The position numbers and the translations under genes are program-made. The notes under the pieces were generated by a model. It was not told where the DNA came from and made no database searches. It worked only from the letters and a program-made list of their open reading frames with translations. Of a stretch of 64,000 nucleotides of DNA, positions 40,657 through 50,108 are shown piece by piece (positions within the stretch are counted from its first letter, which is position 1; every line of letters begins with the position of its first letter). This stretch comes from Nitrosopumilus sp. (GTDB taxonomy: Archaea > Thermoproteota > Nitrososphaeria > Nitrososphaerales > Nitrosopumilaceae), in assembly GCA_965238275.1 (NCBI GenBank), contig OZ250186.1, positions 448,001 to 512,000 of the forward strand. Reading direction: 5' to 3'.

Positions 40657-42015
40657 CTAGCTTCCAAGCGACTTCAGCAGGGAGCTGGAATTAGGCGCAA
40701 ATGCAAGATTGCTCTGGCAGTCATAAATCACGGGAATTACGGAATCTACATACATCTCATTCAGACGAGATTTTGTGCTGGAGTGGTGCTGCACTATGCA
40801 CATGCAGCTAAATCCTTCAACCAGATCACAGTCCAGGGAGGACAGCACGCCAAAGGACGAATCGGTGATATGGTTTTCGTCAAGGTACTTTTCCAACAAT
40901 TCGGATTTAAAGTATGGATCATAAACTGCACATTCGAATCCCATCTCCATGAATTTGTGTAGGATTTTAAATCCGGGTGAATCCCTCATGTCTTCCATGT
41001 CCTGCTTGTATGACATGCCGCAGACCAGCACGCTTTTTTGCAGGTTCCGTTCTCCAAGAATCTGGCTTATGCTGTCGCAGATGTAGTCTGGCATAAGGGA
41101 GTTGATTCGCAGGGCATTGCTGACGGTATTAAATTCAAGGCCAAATTTCTTTGACGATTCCAGAAGAAACATCGGATCCTTGGGAATGCAGTGGCCTCCG
41201 GCTCCTGCACCGGGATAAAACGGGATGAATCCAAACGGTTTTGTTGCAGCAGCGTCGATAACCTCAGACACGCTGATTCCCAGATGATCGCACAGTATTG
41301 CCAGCTCGTTTACAAGCGATATGTTTACCAGACGGAACGTATTCTCAAAGGATTTTACGGTCTCGGCCACCTTTGGTTCAGAGACGCGTACAAGATCCGA
41401 GTTGTTTATGGAGTGATAAACCCTTTTGGCTATCTCAAACGTCAAGTCATCCGAGCAGTATATTATCCTTGGAATGTTCTCCAGATTCCACATCCTGTTC
41501 TTCGGGTCTATGCGTTCTGGGCAGAAGGACAGTCCAAAGTCGACGCCCACCTCAAAACCCTTGTCTTCGATTATTTTTTTAACATTGTCAATTGTTCCCA
41601 GCTCCACACTGCTTTCAATAACTATCACGTCCCCCTTTTTTGCAGTTCCGAGAAAATCATTGACTGCGGAATTTACAAAGACGTCTGACGGTGTGTCTTT
41701 GTTCGGTATGGGCGTCGGCACACATATCATTCCAATCTTGGATTTATCACGGCTTGAGGACTTGGTGTCCAGCTGCAGGGTATTGTTTCTTCTGCTTTCA
41801 AGAAAATCCTTCTCTAAAAGCAGCTCGGACTCGTGCAGTTCGTTGTTCTCTAGGCTGCTGATGCGACTCCTGTTCACATCAATTCCTCGTACAAGATATC
41901 CTCTGGAGGACAGCTGGACTGCAAGCGGAAATCCGACATACCCCAGACCAAAGACCTCAATTGAGGCCTGGCTGGAAACAGCCTGTTCCAGAGTAATTTC
42001 TAACATATATCCCAT
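40657..42015 (-). CDS. UDP-N-acetylhexosamine dehydrogenase (WecC/WbpO-like)
   Basis: GLGYVGFPLA, CVPTP, CPERIDP, ENTFRLVNI, GAGGHCIPKDP. Confidence 0.88.
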   Translation of the reverse strand: MGYMLEITLEQAVSSQASIEVFGLGYVGFPLAVQLSSRGYLVRGIDVNRSRISSLENNELHESELLLEKDFLESRRNNTLQLDTKSSSRDKSKIGMICVPTPIPNKDTPSDVFVNSAVNDFLGTAKKGDVIVIESSVELGTIDNVKKIIEDKGFEVGVDFGLSFCPERIDPKNRMWNLENIPRIIYCSDDLTFEIAKRVYHSINNSDLVRVSEPKVAETVKSFENTFRLVNISLVNELAILCDHLGISVSEVIDAAATKPFGFIPFYPGAGAGGHCIPKDPMFLLESSKKFGLEFNTVSNALRINSLMPDYICDSISQILGERNLQKSVLVCGMSYKQDMEDMRDSPGFKILHKFMEMGFECAVYDPYFKSELLEKYLDENHITDSSFGVLSSLDCDLVEGFSCMCIVQHHSSTKSRLNEMYVDSVIPVIYDCQSNLAFAPNSSSLLKSLGS

Positions 42016-42315
42016 ATTTTATAGTAAAACCGGTCATGACCTATATTATGTCTACGAAAGAACGCCCGCAGGATCAGACACGTTAGGTCAAAAGCTTTGC
42101 CGTCCGCCGGGCATGCTTGCATGGACGCAGTCTATCATAGACATAACCATGTGCGGCTATGCCTAAAAGATCATCCCGCTTGTACCTAATCCGACTCAAT
42201 TTTATTCAAGCATATTCATCTGTGCTTGGGCCACTATCCATTTTAGCTACCAGCTACATTTGATTCGGAACGAATTTTGTCTTGTCACTATATCTGTAGG
42301 CTGCACGCGATACAG

Positions 42316-43389
42316 TCTGTTGTACGAAAATTAGGTCCGCCTAAGATCAGGCGTTACGTAAAGGATTACTTTGCCCTTTATCAATTAAGGAAAACGATGG
42401 CAAAACGACTTACAGCAAAGTCCATCAGGTACGCGATGGCACAACTCGGCAAGGACAGGAATGCAGCGGAAGTGGCAGCGGAGATCGGCGTGACGTCAAG
42501 ACACGTCCGAAGGTTGTGGGCTGAGTTCCGCACTGCTGGCACTCCGCACGTCCCGCAACGTCCCGGCCGGCCGGCACGGCTGCCATCCCCGGAGGAAGTA
42601 CGGTTGGTGCTGGACGAATGTAAACGGGAACCGCAAGGCGTGCTGCGCACTGCCATGAACCTGCAGGTGAATTATGATATAAGTTACCAGGCAGTATACC
42701 GGATAATGAAGGAGAACGGCTTGGTGGTTTCATCTGCGGCAAAATCCAAAAAACGGAAGTGGGTTCGCTACGAACGAAGGCACTCCAACTCCATGTGGCA
42801 CACGGACTGGCATGTCATGAAGGATCCACGAATGAAAGGACTCAACCTGGTGACCTTTCTGGACGACGCGTCAAGATGCATTACCGGGATGGGCCTGTTT
42901 ACCGAGGCCACCTCCGAGAATGTTGTGAATGTCCTCCGGGACGCAGTCAGGCGGTTTGGCGTTCCTGCCACCATCCTGTCAGACGACGGTTCCTGCTTTG
43001 TGGGCGCTACAGGCAGGCACAAGAAGGACAAGGACGGCAGGAGGACGAAGGCACCTTCCGGATCATGGCAGCCCACCGCCTTTGAGGCCGAGCTGTTGGA
43101 CCTGGGCATAGGGCTGATAAACTCCAGGCCGTACCACCCCCAGACCAACGGCAAGCTTGAACGGTTTCACAGGACGCTTGAAGATGAGATATGTCACCAT
43201 AGGAGCTTGGCAGAATACATTGAATACTATAACGAGAGGCGACTGCACTTTTCACTGGATATTGCCAACCGAGAGACCCCGCTCATGGCATTCCGTGCCA
43301 AGAAGGCGACCGAGACTATCCGGGATGATAACCCAAACTGGATGGAGGAGGACACAGATGACTAGCGGACATAATTTCCATATAATACA
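42316..43389 (+). mobile_element. IS481-family element
   Basis: Imperfect 25-bp TIR (TCTGTTGTACGAAAATTAGGTCCGC / TGTATTATATGGAAATTATGTCCGC) flanked by direct repeat GCTGCACGCGATAC(A/T)G. Confidence 0.85.
42397..43365 (+). CDS. IS481-family (rve integrase core) transposase
   Basis: HTH, WHTDW, LDDASR, SDDGSCF, PYHPQTNGKLERF, YNERRLHFSL. Confidence 0.92.
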   Translation: MAKRLTAKSIRYAMAQLGKDRNAAEVAAEIGVTSRHVRRLWAEFRTAGTPHVPQRPGRPARLPSPEEVRLVLDECKREPQGVLRTAMNLQVNYDISYQAVYRIMKENGLVVSSAAKSKKRKWVRYERRHSNSMWHTDWHVMKDPRMKGLNLVTFLDDASRCITGMGLFTEATSENVVNVLRDAVRRFGVPATILSDDGSCFVGATGRHKKDKDGRRTKAPSGSWQPTAFEAELLDLGIGLINSRPYHPQTNGKLERFHRTLEDEICHHRSLAEYIEYYNERRLHFSLDIANRETPLMAFRAKKATETIRDDNPNWMEEDTDD

Positions 43390-43530
43390 GCTGCACGCGA
43401 TACTGCCAAACATATTTTACATTCAAGCCAAATATCAGTAGATAGTAAGATCTTTTATGCCATAACTAGGCACCACCATAGAATCGCATTCAGAATAACA
43501 CTTTAAACGACTGCAGACCCCACCTGCCTT

Positions 43531-44097
43531 GTGTGCGGCGCAAACTTCAAGGAGAGGGAGGCACAGATGTCCAGGAACCTACAGGAGCTGTTCGAGGGGG
43601 ATTCGTACCGGTCCGTCCTTTACGTGGGCGCAAACAAGAGGAGGCAGCACTTTCTGGATTGGTTTGAGAGGGCGGGGTACACTAGAATTATGGTGCTTGA
43701 GGCGTTTGCAGAAAACGCCGAGTTTTTGAAGAGGGAGATCGACTCCAAGATGCCGGCCCTTGAGGTGGTGCACGGTGACGTCAGGGATGTCGGTGCCATT
43801 TCTGGTGATGTGTTTGACGTGGCGTTCTTCTGGCACGGCATAGAGCACCTCCACAGGGAGGAGATCGCACCCACGCTGGAGAGGCTGGAGGCAGTATCCA
43901 AGGTGGTGGTGCTAGGGTGCCCGCATGGAGCGTACGAACAGGGCCCGGAGTACGGAAACCGGTTTGAGGAGCACCTGTCGGCGGTGTATCCGCAGTTTCT
44001 GGAGGGGCTGGGCTACAAGACGGATGTAGTAGGCAAGGCCGACGAGCGTGGCTCCAACATAATGGCGTGGAAGTTCACGGGGAGCGGCATAGTATAA
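43531..44097 (+). CDS. Class I SAM-dependent methyltransferase-like protein
   Basis: VLYVGA, VVHGDV, FDVAFFWHGIEHL. Confidence 0.7.
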   Translation: MCGANFKEREAQMSRNLQELFEGDSYRSVLYVGANKRRQHFLDWFERAGYTRIMVLEAFAENAEFLKREIDSKMPALEVVHGDVRDVGAISGDVFDVAFFWHGIEHLHREEIAPTLERLEAVSKVVVLGCPHGAYEQGPEYGNRFEEHLSAVYPQFLEGLGYKTDVVGKADERGSNIMAWKFTGSGIV

Positions 44098-45149
44098 TGA
44101 ATCCCGAGGGACTGGGCGTGTGGTTTGACGTGCTCACGCCAAAGCAGCTGCTGTTCTTTGAGCCTATGATAAAGAGGCTGTCAAAGAAGAACAAAGTCAT
44201 GACCACCACTAGGAACTACAGGGAGGCGACGGGGCTGGCAAGGGTGCGGGGTGTGCGCATGAGGGTGGTGGGAAAGCATGGCGGCGAGAGCCTCCTTGGG
44301 AAGCTGCGCGCCTCGGCGCACAGGATAGGTGAGCTTGCCGAGATCGTCAGCAAATTCGGGCCCGACTTGACCATTAGCTTCTGCTCGCCCGAGGCATCCA
44401 GGGTGGCCTTCGGGCTGGGCATCAGGCACGTGGGGTTTGGCAACGTACCGCACTATACGGCCATGATGAAGCTGTCGGTGCCATTTCTTGACAGGCTTCT
44501 GATTCCAAGGCACATACCAAAAAGAGAGTTTACGGTATTTGGAATGGCGTCATCCAGCATCATCCAGTATGATGCCATGGACGAATATGTGATAGTAAAG
44601 AACTCGTCGGGAAATCCTCCCCGCTTGAGGCTCCGTTTGAAGAAGGACAAGACCGTCTTGTTCAGGCCGTACGAGGTACAGGCGGCGTACGCAAGCGATG
44701 TGAGTTTTGACACGGTAGGCGCGATAAGGAGCATAGCAGACGGGCTGCCCGACTACAACGTGGTGGTGCTGGGCAGGTATGCCGAGCAGATCAGTGACCT
44801 GAAGCGCGAGCTTGGAGACAGGGCCATCGTGCTGGACAGGGTGGTGGACAGCGAGGCGATCTTTGCCATTACGGACGTGTTCGTGGGTTCTGGAGGCACT
44901 ATGACGACAGAGGCTGCCATGAGGGGGATGCCGACCATATCCTACGAGGGCATACCCAATGCAGATGAGAAGTACTTGGTGAGAAAGGGGCTAGTGGTAA
45001 GATGCAGTGACTACAAAAAGATTCCTCAGGCAATTGATGCGGTGCTGGCAGAAGACGGCAGAGCCAGAACGGCACGGGTCAAGAGGTTTTTGGACTCAAT
45101 GGAGGATCCGTACTGCACGCTAGAAGATGTGATTAGGTCGCTTGAATAG
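44097..45149 (+). CDS. DUF354-family GT-B fold protein
   Basis: VWFDVLTPKQ, SPEASRVAFGLG, GSGGTMTTEAA. Confidence 0.85.
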   Translation: MNPEGLGVWFDVLTPKQLLFFEPMIKRLSKKNKVMTTTRNYREATGLARVRGVRMRVVGKHGGESLLGKLRASAHRIGELAEIVSKFGPDLTISFCSPEASRVAFGLGIRHVGFGNVPHYTAMMKLSVPFLDRLLIPRHIPKREFTVFGMASSSIIQYDAMDEYVIVKNSSGNPPRLRLRLKKDKTVLFRPYEVQAAYASDVSFDTVGAIRSIADGLPDYNVVVLGRYAEQISDLKRELGDRAIVLDRVVDSEAIFAITDVFVGSGGTMTTEAAMRGMPTISYEGIPNADEKYLVRKGLVVRCSDYKKIPQAIDAVLAEDGRARTARVKRFLDSMEDPYCTLEDVIRSLE

Positions 45150-45188
45150 CCTTGTTATAACTCAAGATATAATCAGGAGAGTGGATCT

Positions 45189-45425
45189 GTGGGTTGGGAC
45201 AGCGTGATCGGTAAAAAAATGGACGAGGGTGAGGCTATCTTGTGCACCATAAGGGCGACGGCAAAGAGGTGCGGGGTTCGGACAGACGATGTCGCGGTGC
45301 TGGAGACCAAATATGATGACTATGGCGCGGAGTGGCACGCGGTGGTCGAGGTAGGCGGCAGGGCAATGGTGGCAAGCGTCAATACCGCAAGTGGTAAAGT
45401 CGAGTTTAGCGACATGAGGGTGTAG
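45189..45425 (+). CDS. Small hypothetical protein, paralog of 17428
   Basis: LETKYDDYGAEW vs LETKYDDDAGDW. Confidence 0.6.
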   Translation: MGWDSVIGKKMDEGEAILCTIRATAKRCGVRTDDVAVLETKYDDYGAEWHAVVEVGGRAMVASVNTASGKVEFSDMRV

Positions 45426-45510
45426 ATTCATGCCACACCAACACACCGGTGTATGGATCAGGTAGGCCTAATTCTGACGACGTGGTTCTTGAATAATAGT
45501 CTCCGACTGA

Positions 45511-46803
45511 TTATTGCGAATCAACGTCGTCTGACACCAGACATTCTCCTTGCACCACAGGGTTTGCTGGTGCATCAGATGGCATGATGGGTTCGGCGTG
45601 AATCATACCATGGATGTCATTTGGGCTGGCAGGGGTTGTGCCAAGATAAAAGTTGTCAAAGTATGCATTCTGGTTCCATTTTGCAATCCAGTTGTCACGC
45701 AATCCGAAGCCTATGGAGACGTCATCATGTCCTGATATGACATCAGTGATGTTAATAGAAGATCTCTGCCATTTAGTATCAGTCACACCCCCATTGGCAA
45801 GCCAATACACATAGATCACGCTACCCTCGCCATCATAGATCTTTACAGATGCGTTGGTGGGCCTGTCATTTGCAGTGCTGGATGTCGCCCTGTAGTCAAT
45901 ACTCAAAAACAACTCATCACCCTCATCCAGTCCACGCAGGTCTATGTCCTGCCGTATATCCGCGACGGCTGCAAACCCCTCGCCGCTGATTCTTGCAGAC
46001 GGTGACGGGTTACCATTGTTGTAGTCTATGCTAAGATGATAGTCGTTATATGGCACGTATGAGTGGTATTCCCCGAAGGATGTAAAGAATGTCCACGGTC
46101 CATACCCGTCAAAGCTGTCTGTTATGGTTTCAAAGGGAACAGGCAAGGCCCGGGGCGGCGAATCCATCAAGACATCCACGACAATCTCAAAACTGGCCTC
46201 TGCAGCATTGCACGAATCATCAAAGGCAGTACAGGTAACGGTAGTGGAACCTGCAGGAAATACAGAGTGGGAGCCGGGGGTACAGTACACTGCAACGGTG
46301 TGATCAACGGCATCCGAAGCCCCGGGGGTTGCAAAGTCAATCACAAACGAGCTGCCCGTGGCAAAGGTCATCTGGATTTCAACTGGTACCGTGGTAAAGT
46401 ATGGTGCCACGCTATCGCGTAGGGTGACAGTCTGGAGGGCAGTTGCCGTATTGCCGCGGGAGTCCTGGACGCTCCATTGTACCATGGTTGTGCCAATTGG
46501 AAATGGTCCAGTGGCATTGTTGGTAATGATGAGATTGGGATCCCGGTTGTCAGTGGCAGTCGCGGTGCCGATGTCAACGGTACTCAGCCAACCGGCGGCC
46601 TCAAGGACCACACCAGGTGGAGCAGTGATGGTGGGAGACGTGTTGTCGGCAGAGACTGCCCCCTGCACGGCCTGTAAGAATTCCACGCCGCCGTCAGGTG
46701 GAATGGTCAACCCGATGCCCAAAACCATTACTATTGCCACGCCGGCCATGACAGGTACGAAGACAGTCTTTGAGTTGAAACGAAAAAATGCACGGGTAAT
46801 CAT
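45511..46803 (-). CDS. HYR-domain surface protein
   Basis: N-terminal TM, two HYR repeats (FPIGTTMVQWSVQDSRGN; FPAGSTTVTCTAFDDSCN), beta-sandwich C-terminus ending AYFDNF. Confidence 0.8.
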   Translation of the reverse strand: MITRAFFRFNSKTVFVPVMAGVAIVMVLGIGLTIPPDGGVEFLQAVQGAVSADNTSPTITAPPGVVLEAAGWLSTVDIGTATATDNRDPNLIITNNATGPFPIGTTMVQWSVQDSRGNTATALQTVTLRDSVAPYFTTVPVEIQMTFATGSSFVIDFATPGASDAVDHTVAVYCTPGSHSVFPAGSTTVTCTAFDDSCNAAEASFEIVVDVLMDSPPRALPVPFETITDSFDGYGPWTFFTSFGEYHSYVPYNDYHLSIDYNNGNPSPSARISGEGFAAVADIRQDIDLRGLDEGDELFLSIDYRATSSTANDRPTNASVKIYDGEGSVIYVYWLANGGVTDTKWQRSSINITDVISGHDDVSIGFGLRDNWIAKWNQNAYFDNFYLGTTPASPNDIHGMIHAEPIMPSDAPANPVVQGECLVSDDVDSQ

Positions 46804-46923
46804 GGTATATTAACATCGAATATCGTATAATAATGATCTATACCAGACAGAATGCCCTGCATGGATGACAAATCAGTATGAAATCAAACAGAATGCATTA
46901 GATAATTACTTGGAAGAAGGCTA

Positions 46924-48588
46924 TTACGTGGTGGCCTGTGCCGCGTCATGGAACATCTGGGACTTGGCACAGCCCGCTGCAAGCTCGTCGCCTGCCCCGC
47001 GCCTCATGAGGCCGCGGTACAACCCGTCTTCAAGCTTTACTCCCTCGCGTTCCTCCCATTCCTCGACGGTGATGGAGTACTTCTTTTGGATCCTGTCCCG
47101 GTACCATTCCGGAATGACGTTGAATGCGCAGAAGGGAACGATTCTAAGGTCCGGCGTTAGATAGTGGATGTCGCACCTCTGCAGTCTCTCCAAGTCCTCG
47201 TTGTACTTGTCCTGAAAGTGCATCATGCCCAGGAACAACCCCTTGACATGCCAGGATCCTACAGAATCAAACGACCTCTTCATGAGGATGTTGCCAAACA
47301 TCTTTGCCAGGTCAAGGCCGGCAGGCTGCTTCTTGGTGTCTACAAACCCCTTGAGCTTTCTTACCACCTCGAGCATCGTAAAGTACTTGTTTTTGCCGGA
47401 GCGGATCTCTTCGGCCTTGTCCTCAAACAGCTCCAGCATTCCCTGGATGTCGCAGAACTTGGTTAGCGGGACGAACCTTTTGGTCTCCTCGTCTTCAAAG
47501 ATGTACGTGCCTGCGCCGCATGCAAAGTGTATGGAGAGTTCGTACTTTGGCTTGCTGGAGAACGCCTCAATTACGTTGGTTAATGGCATGCAGCTTGGGA
47601 CGGGGAACCAGTCGTCTACGGTGACCTCGCCGTTTGTCTGCTCCTCGATCCTCTGGATGCAGTCAGGTATTGTAATTCGATACTTTTCACGCTCAGTCTT
47701 GCCCATTCTTCCTGTCAGGGAGACTGGCTGGAAGTTTACCGCGTGTACCACGTCCATGTTCTTCTGGGCGTACCTGATGATTCCGCCGAGTTCGTGATCG
47801 TTAATTGACTTGATTACCGTGGGGACAAACACCACCGTCGTGCCGGTCTTTCGGCAGCTGTCAAGGGCGTACGGGATCTCCCAGTGGTTTTTGGGGTTGG
47901 TCCTGGCAGTTACTCCGTCAAAGGATAGATAGAGATTGTTGCATCCGGCAAGCCTCACCTCGCGTGCAGCCTCCGGGTCCATGGCATGCCTGATGCCGTT
48001 GGTGTTCATCTGGATGTGGTCGACTCCCTCCTCCTTCATTATCTTGATGACATCGGCAATGTCCTCACGCAGCATCGGCTCGCCGCCTGTTATCTGCATG
48101 GAGTTGCCCGGGATTGGCCGCTCGGCACGAAGCGTCTTCATCATGGCGCGCACCTGGGTGTGATCGGGTTCGTACATGTATGCGCCCTCGAGTCCCTTCT
48201 TGACGTAAAAGAAGCAGTACCAGCAGGTCAGATCGCACCTGTTTGTCACTATCATGTTTGCAAGGCCGCTGTGTGACAAGTGGTTTGAGCATAATCCGCA
48301 GTTGTTTGGGCATGAGCACTTGTCAATCATCACGTTTGGAGCATGCGCACCCTTGCCGTCCATCCAGTAGGTGCTGAACTTTTTGTACATTTCATAAGAG
48401 CCAAAGTATAGTTCTTCGCATTCGCCGTGGGTCGGGCAGACCTTGGTCATGAAGACCTGACCGTCCCTCTCAAAGACCTCCGCATCCAGAATCATGTTGC
48501 AGTCGGGGCATATGCTCTGCGTGAATCGGATCGTGGATTTTTTGCCCAGATTCTTGATCGTCTGGTTTGATATCTGAATCAGTGCCAT
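46924..48588 (-). CDS. tes: Tetraether lipid synthase (radical SAM)
   Basis: N-terminal CPDC..CPTHG, CPNNCGLCSNH, CDLTCWYC, HFACG, RCDIHY..PFCAFN. Confidence 0.9.
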   Translation of the reverse strand: MALIQISNQTIKNLGKKSTIRFTQSICPDCNMILDAEVFERDGQVFMTKVCPTHGECEELYFGSYEMYKKFSTYWMDGKGAHAPNVMIDKCSCPNNCGLCSNHLSHSGLANMIVTNRCDLTCWYCFFYVKKGLEGAYMYEPDHTQVRAMMKTLRAERPIPGNSMQITGGEPMLREDIADVIKIMKEEGVDHIQMNTNGIRHAMDPEAAREVRLAGCNNLYLSFDGVTARTNPKNHWEIPYALDSCRKTGTTVVFVPTVIKSINDHELGGIIRYAQKNMDVVHAVNFQPVSLTGRMGKTEREKYRITIPDCIQRIEEQTNGEVTVDDWFPVPSCMPLTNVIEAFSSKPKYELSIHFACGAGTYIFEDEETKRFVPLTKFCDIQGMLELFEDKAEEIRSGKNKYFTMLEVVRKLKGFVDTKKQPAGLDLAKMFGNILMKRSFDSVGSWHVKGLFLGMMHFQDKYNEDLERLQRCDIHYLTPDLRIVPFCAFNVIPEWYRDRIQKKYSITVEEWEEREGVKLEDGLYRGLMRRGAGDELAAGCAKSQMFHDAAQATT

Positions 48589-48699
48589 GCCTTGTCTGAT
48601 CCGTGCTTTGATATTATATAATGTCTTGCACCTTAACCCCCGTGTGTAATTTAGGCATTCAGGCGTGACTTAAATAGAAAGTCGGGCCGATCAGATCGC

Positions 48700-49467
48700 A
48701 TGAGCATATCTGACAAGACCAGAAAATCCCTTGAGAAGATCGGCATGACGGGGTACGAGGTAAAGGCCTTTGCAGTACTGCTAAAGTCGGGGAAACAGAA
48801 CGCCTCGAACCTGAGCCAAAAGTCAGGCGTGCCGTATTCCAAGATTTACGAGGTGCTGGGCACGCTGGAGGAGAAGGGCTGGATAGACTCGGACGATTCG
48901 AGGCCGACTGTGTACTCTGCAAGGTCGCCTGCAACGGGACTGGAGACTACAAAGCAGAACATGGATGACGAGTTTGTAAGGAACCAGGGGGTGATACTGA
49001 GCGAGCTGATGCCGCTGTACGAGGGGAGCGGGACCAGTGAAAAGCCCGACATCTGGGTGCTCTCAGGTACGATCAACATCGCATCCAAGATTCTGGAGAT
49101 GGTCGACGCGTGCAGGACCGAGGTGATGATCGCGATACCGGAGGCAGGAGAGGAGTTGGTCAGGCAGGCGCTGCCAAAGCTGAGATCGCTGTATGACAGG
49201 AAGATCGACATCACGGTGCTGACATCAGACAAGATGGATGCAGATGCCATCAGGGCCATCAAGAGGATTGCGACTGTAAAGATCAAGGAGGGACTGTTTG
49301 GCGGGGGGATAATATCAGACAGGAGGCATGTCGTTATTCTGCTGGGACCGGATGTTGTGGGCTCAAAGCAGTCAGAGGTGATTGCCATTTGGGCCGACCA
49401 TGCCGGGCTTGCCGGGTTTGCGCGCCAGTACTTTGAATATTTATTAAAAGACTCGAGGATTGGATAG
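48700..49467 (+). CDS. TrmB-family transcriptional regulator
   Basis: GMTGYEVKAF, SGVPYSKIYEVLGTLEEKGWI. Confidence 0.9.
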   Translation: MSISDKTRKSLEKIGMTGYEVKAFAVLLKSGKQNASNLSQKSGVPYSKIYEVLGTLEEKGWIDSDDSRPTVYSARSPATGLETTKQNMDDEFVRNQGVILSELMPLYEGSGTSEKPDIWVLSGTINIASKILEMVDACRTEVMIAIPEAGEELVRQALPKLRSLYDRKIDITVLTSDKMDADAIRAIKRIATVKIKEGLFGGGIISDRRHVVILLGPDVVGSKQSEVIAIWADHAGLAGFARQYFEYLLKDSRIG

Positions 49468-49471
49468 TAGT

Positions 49472-49921
49472 ATGAGCGGACCGGATGACGAGACCCTGTT
49501 TGTGGGGACAGCAGAGGCCGAGCACGTGGAGATGTACCTCAAGGCGATATGGCACATCAAGGAGAGGGGCGAGGATGTCAAGATTAGCACCATTGCCAAG
49601 ACGCTCAAGGTGAGGCAGCCAAGCGTGGTGCAGATGCTGAAAAAGCTCAACACCCGGGATCTGGTGAAATACAACAAGGCCGGGGTGAGGCTGACAGAGG
49701 ACGGCAAGGCGATTGGGTCGAGCATGATGAGGAACAGCCGGCTGCTTGAGGTGCTGATGAGCAGCGCGCTAAAGGTGGATATTGACGAGGAGATGGTGTG
49801 CGGGATCGAGCATCACATGAAGAAGCAGTTTACAGACGCGCTGTGCACCATGCTGAACCATCCAAGGGCGTGTCCGCACGGGCATGAGATTCCGATGGGC
49901 GAGTGCTGTTCGGCGCAGTAG
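49472..49921 (+). CDS. DtxR/MntR-family metal-dependent regulator
   Basis: EMYLKAIW, QPSVVQMLKKL, CGIEHH, CPHGHEIP. Confidence 0.9.
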   Translation: MSGPDDETLFVGTAEAEHVEMYLKAIWHIKERGEDVKISTIAKTLKVRQPSVVQMLKKLNTRDLVKYNKAGVRLTEDGKAIGSSMMRNSRLLEVLMSSALKVDIDEEMVCGIEHHMKKQFTDALCTMLNHPRACPHGHEIPMGECCSAQ

Positions 49922-50108
49922 GGACCGGTTGTTGCCAGAACAGGCATTTGTGGTAGGCTTCTTTGTGATTTTTCATTGTTTGTGTTATGTTTCCTAATAG
50001 TTGAGCACTCTTAACGCGGCGTAGTAAACGACAAAATGTTTTGCTTCATTTTCCCGCCTAAACTGCAAAAAAATACCTGATACTCATCTTGGAATTATGC
50101 GGGGTGTG

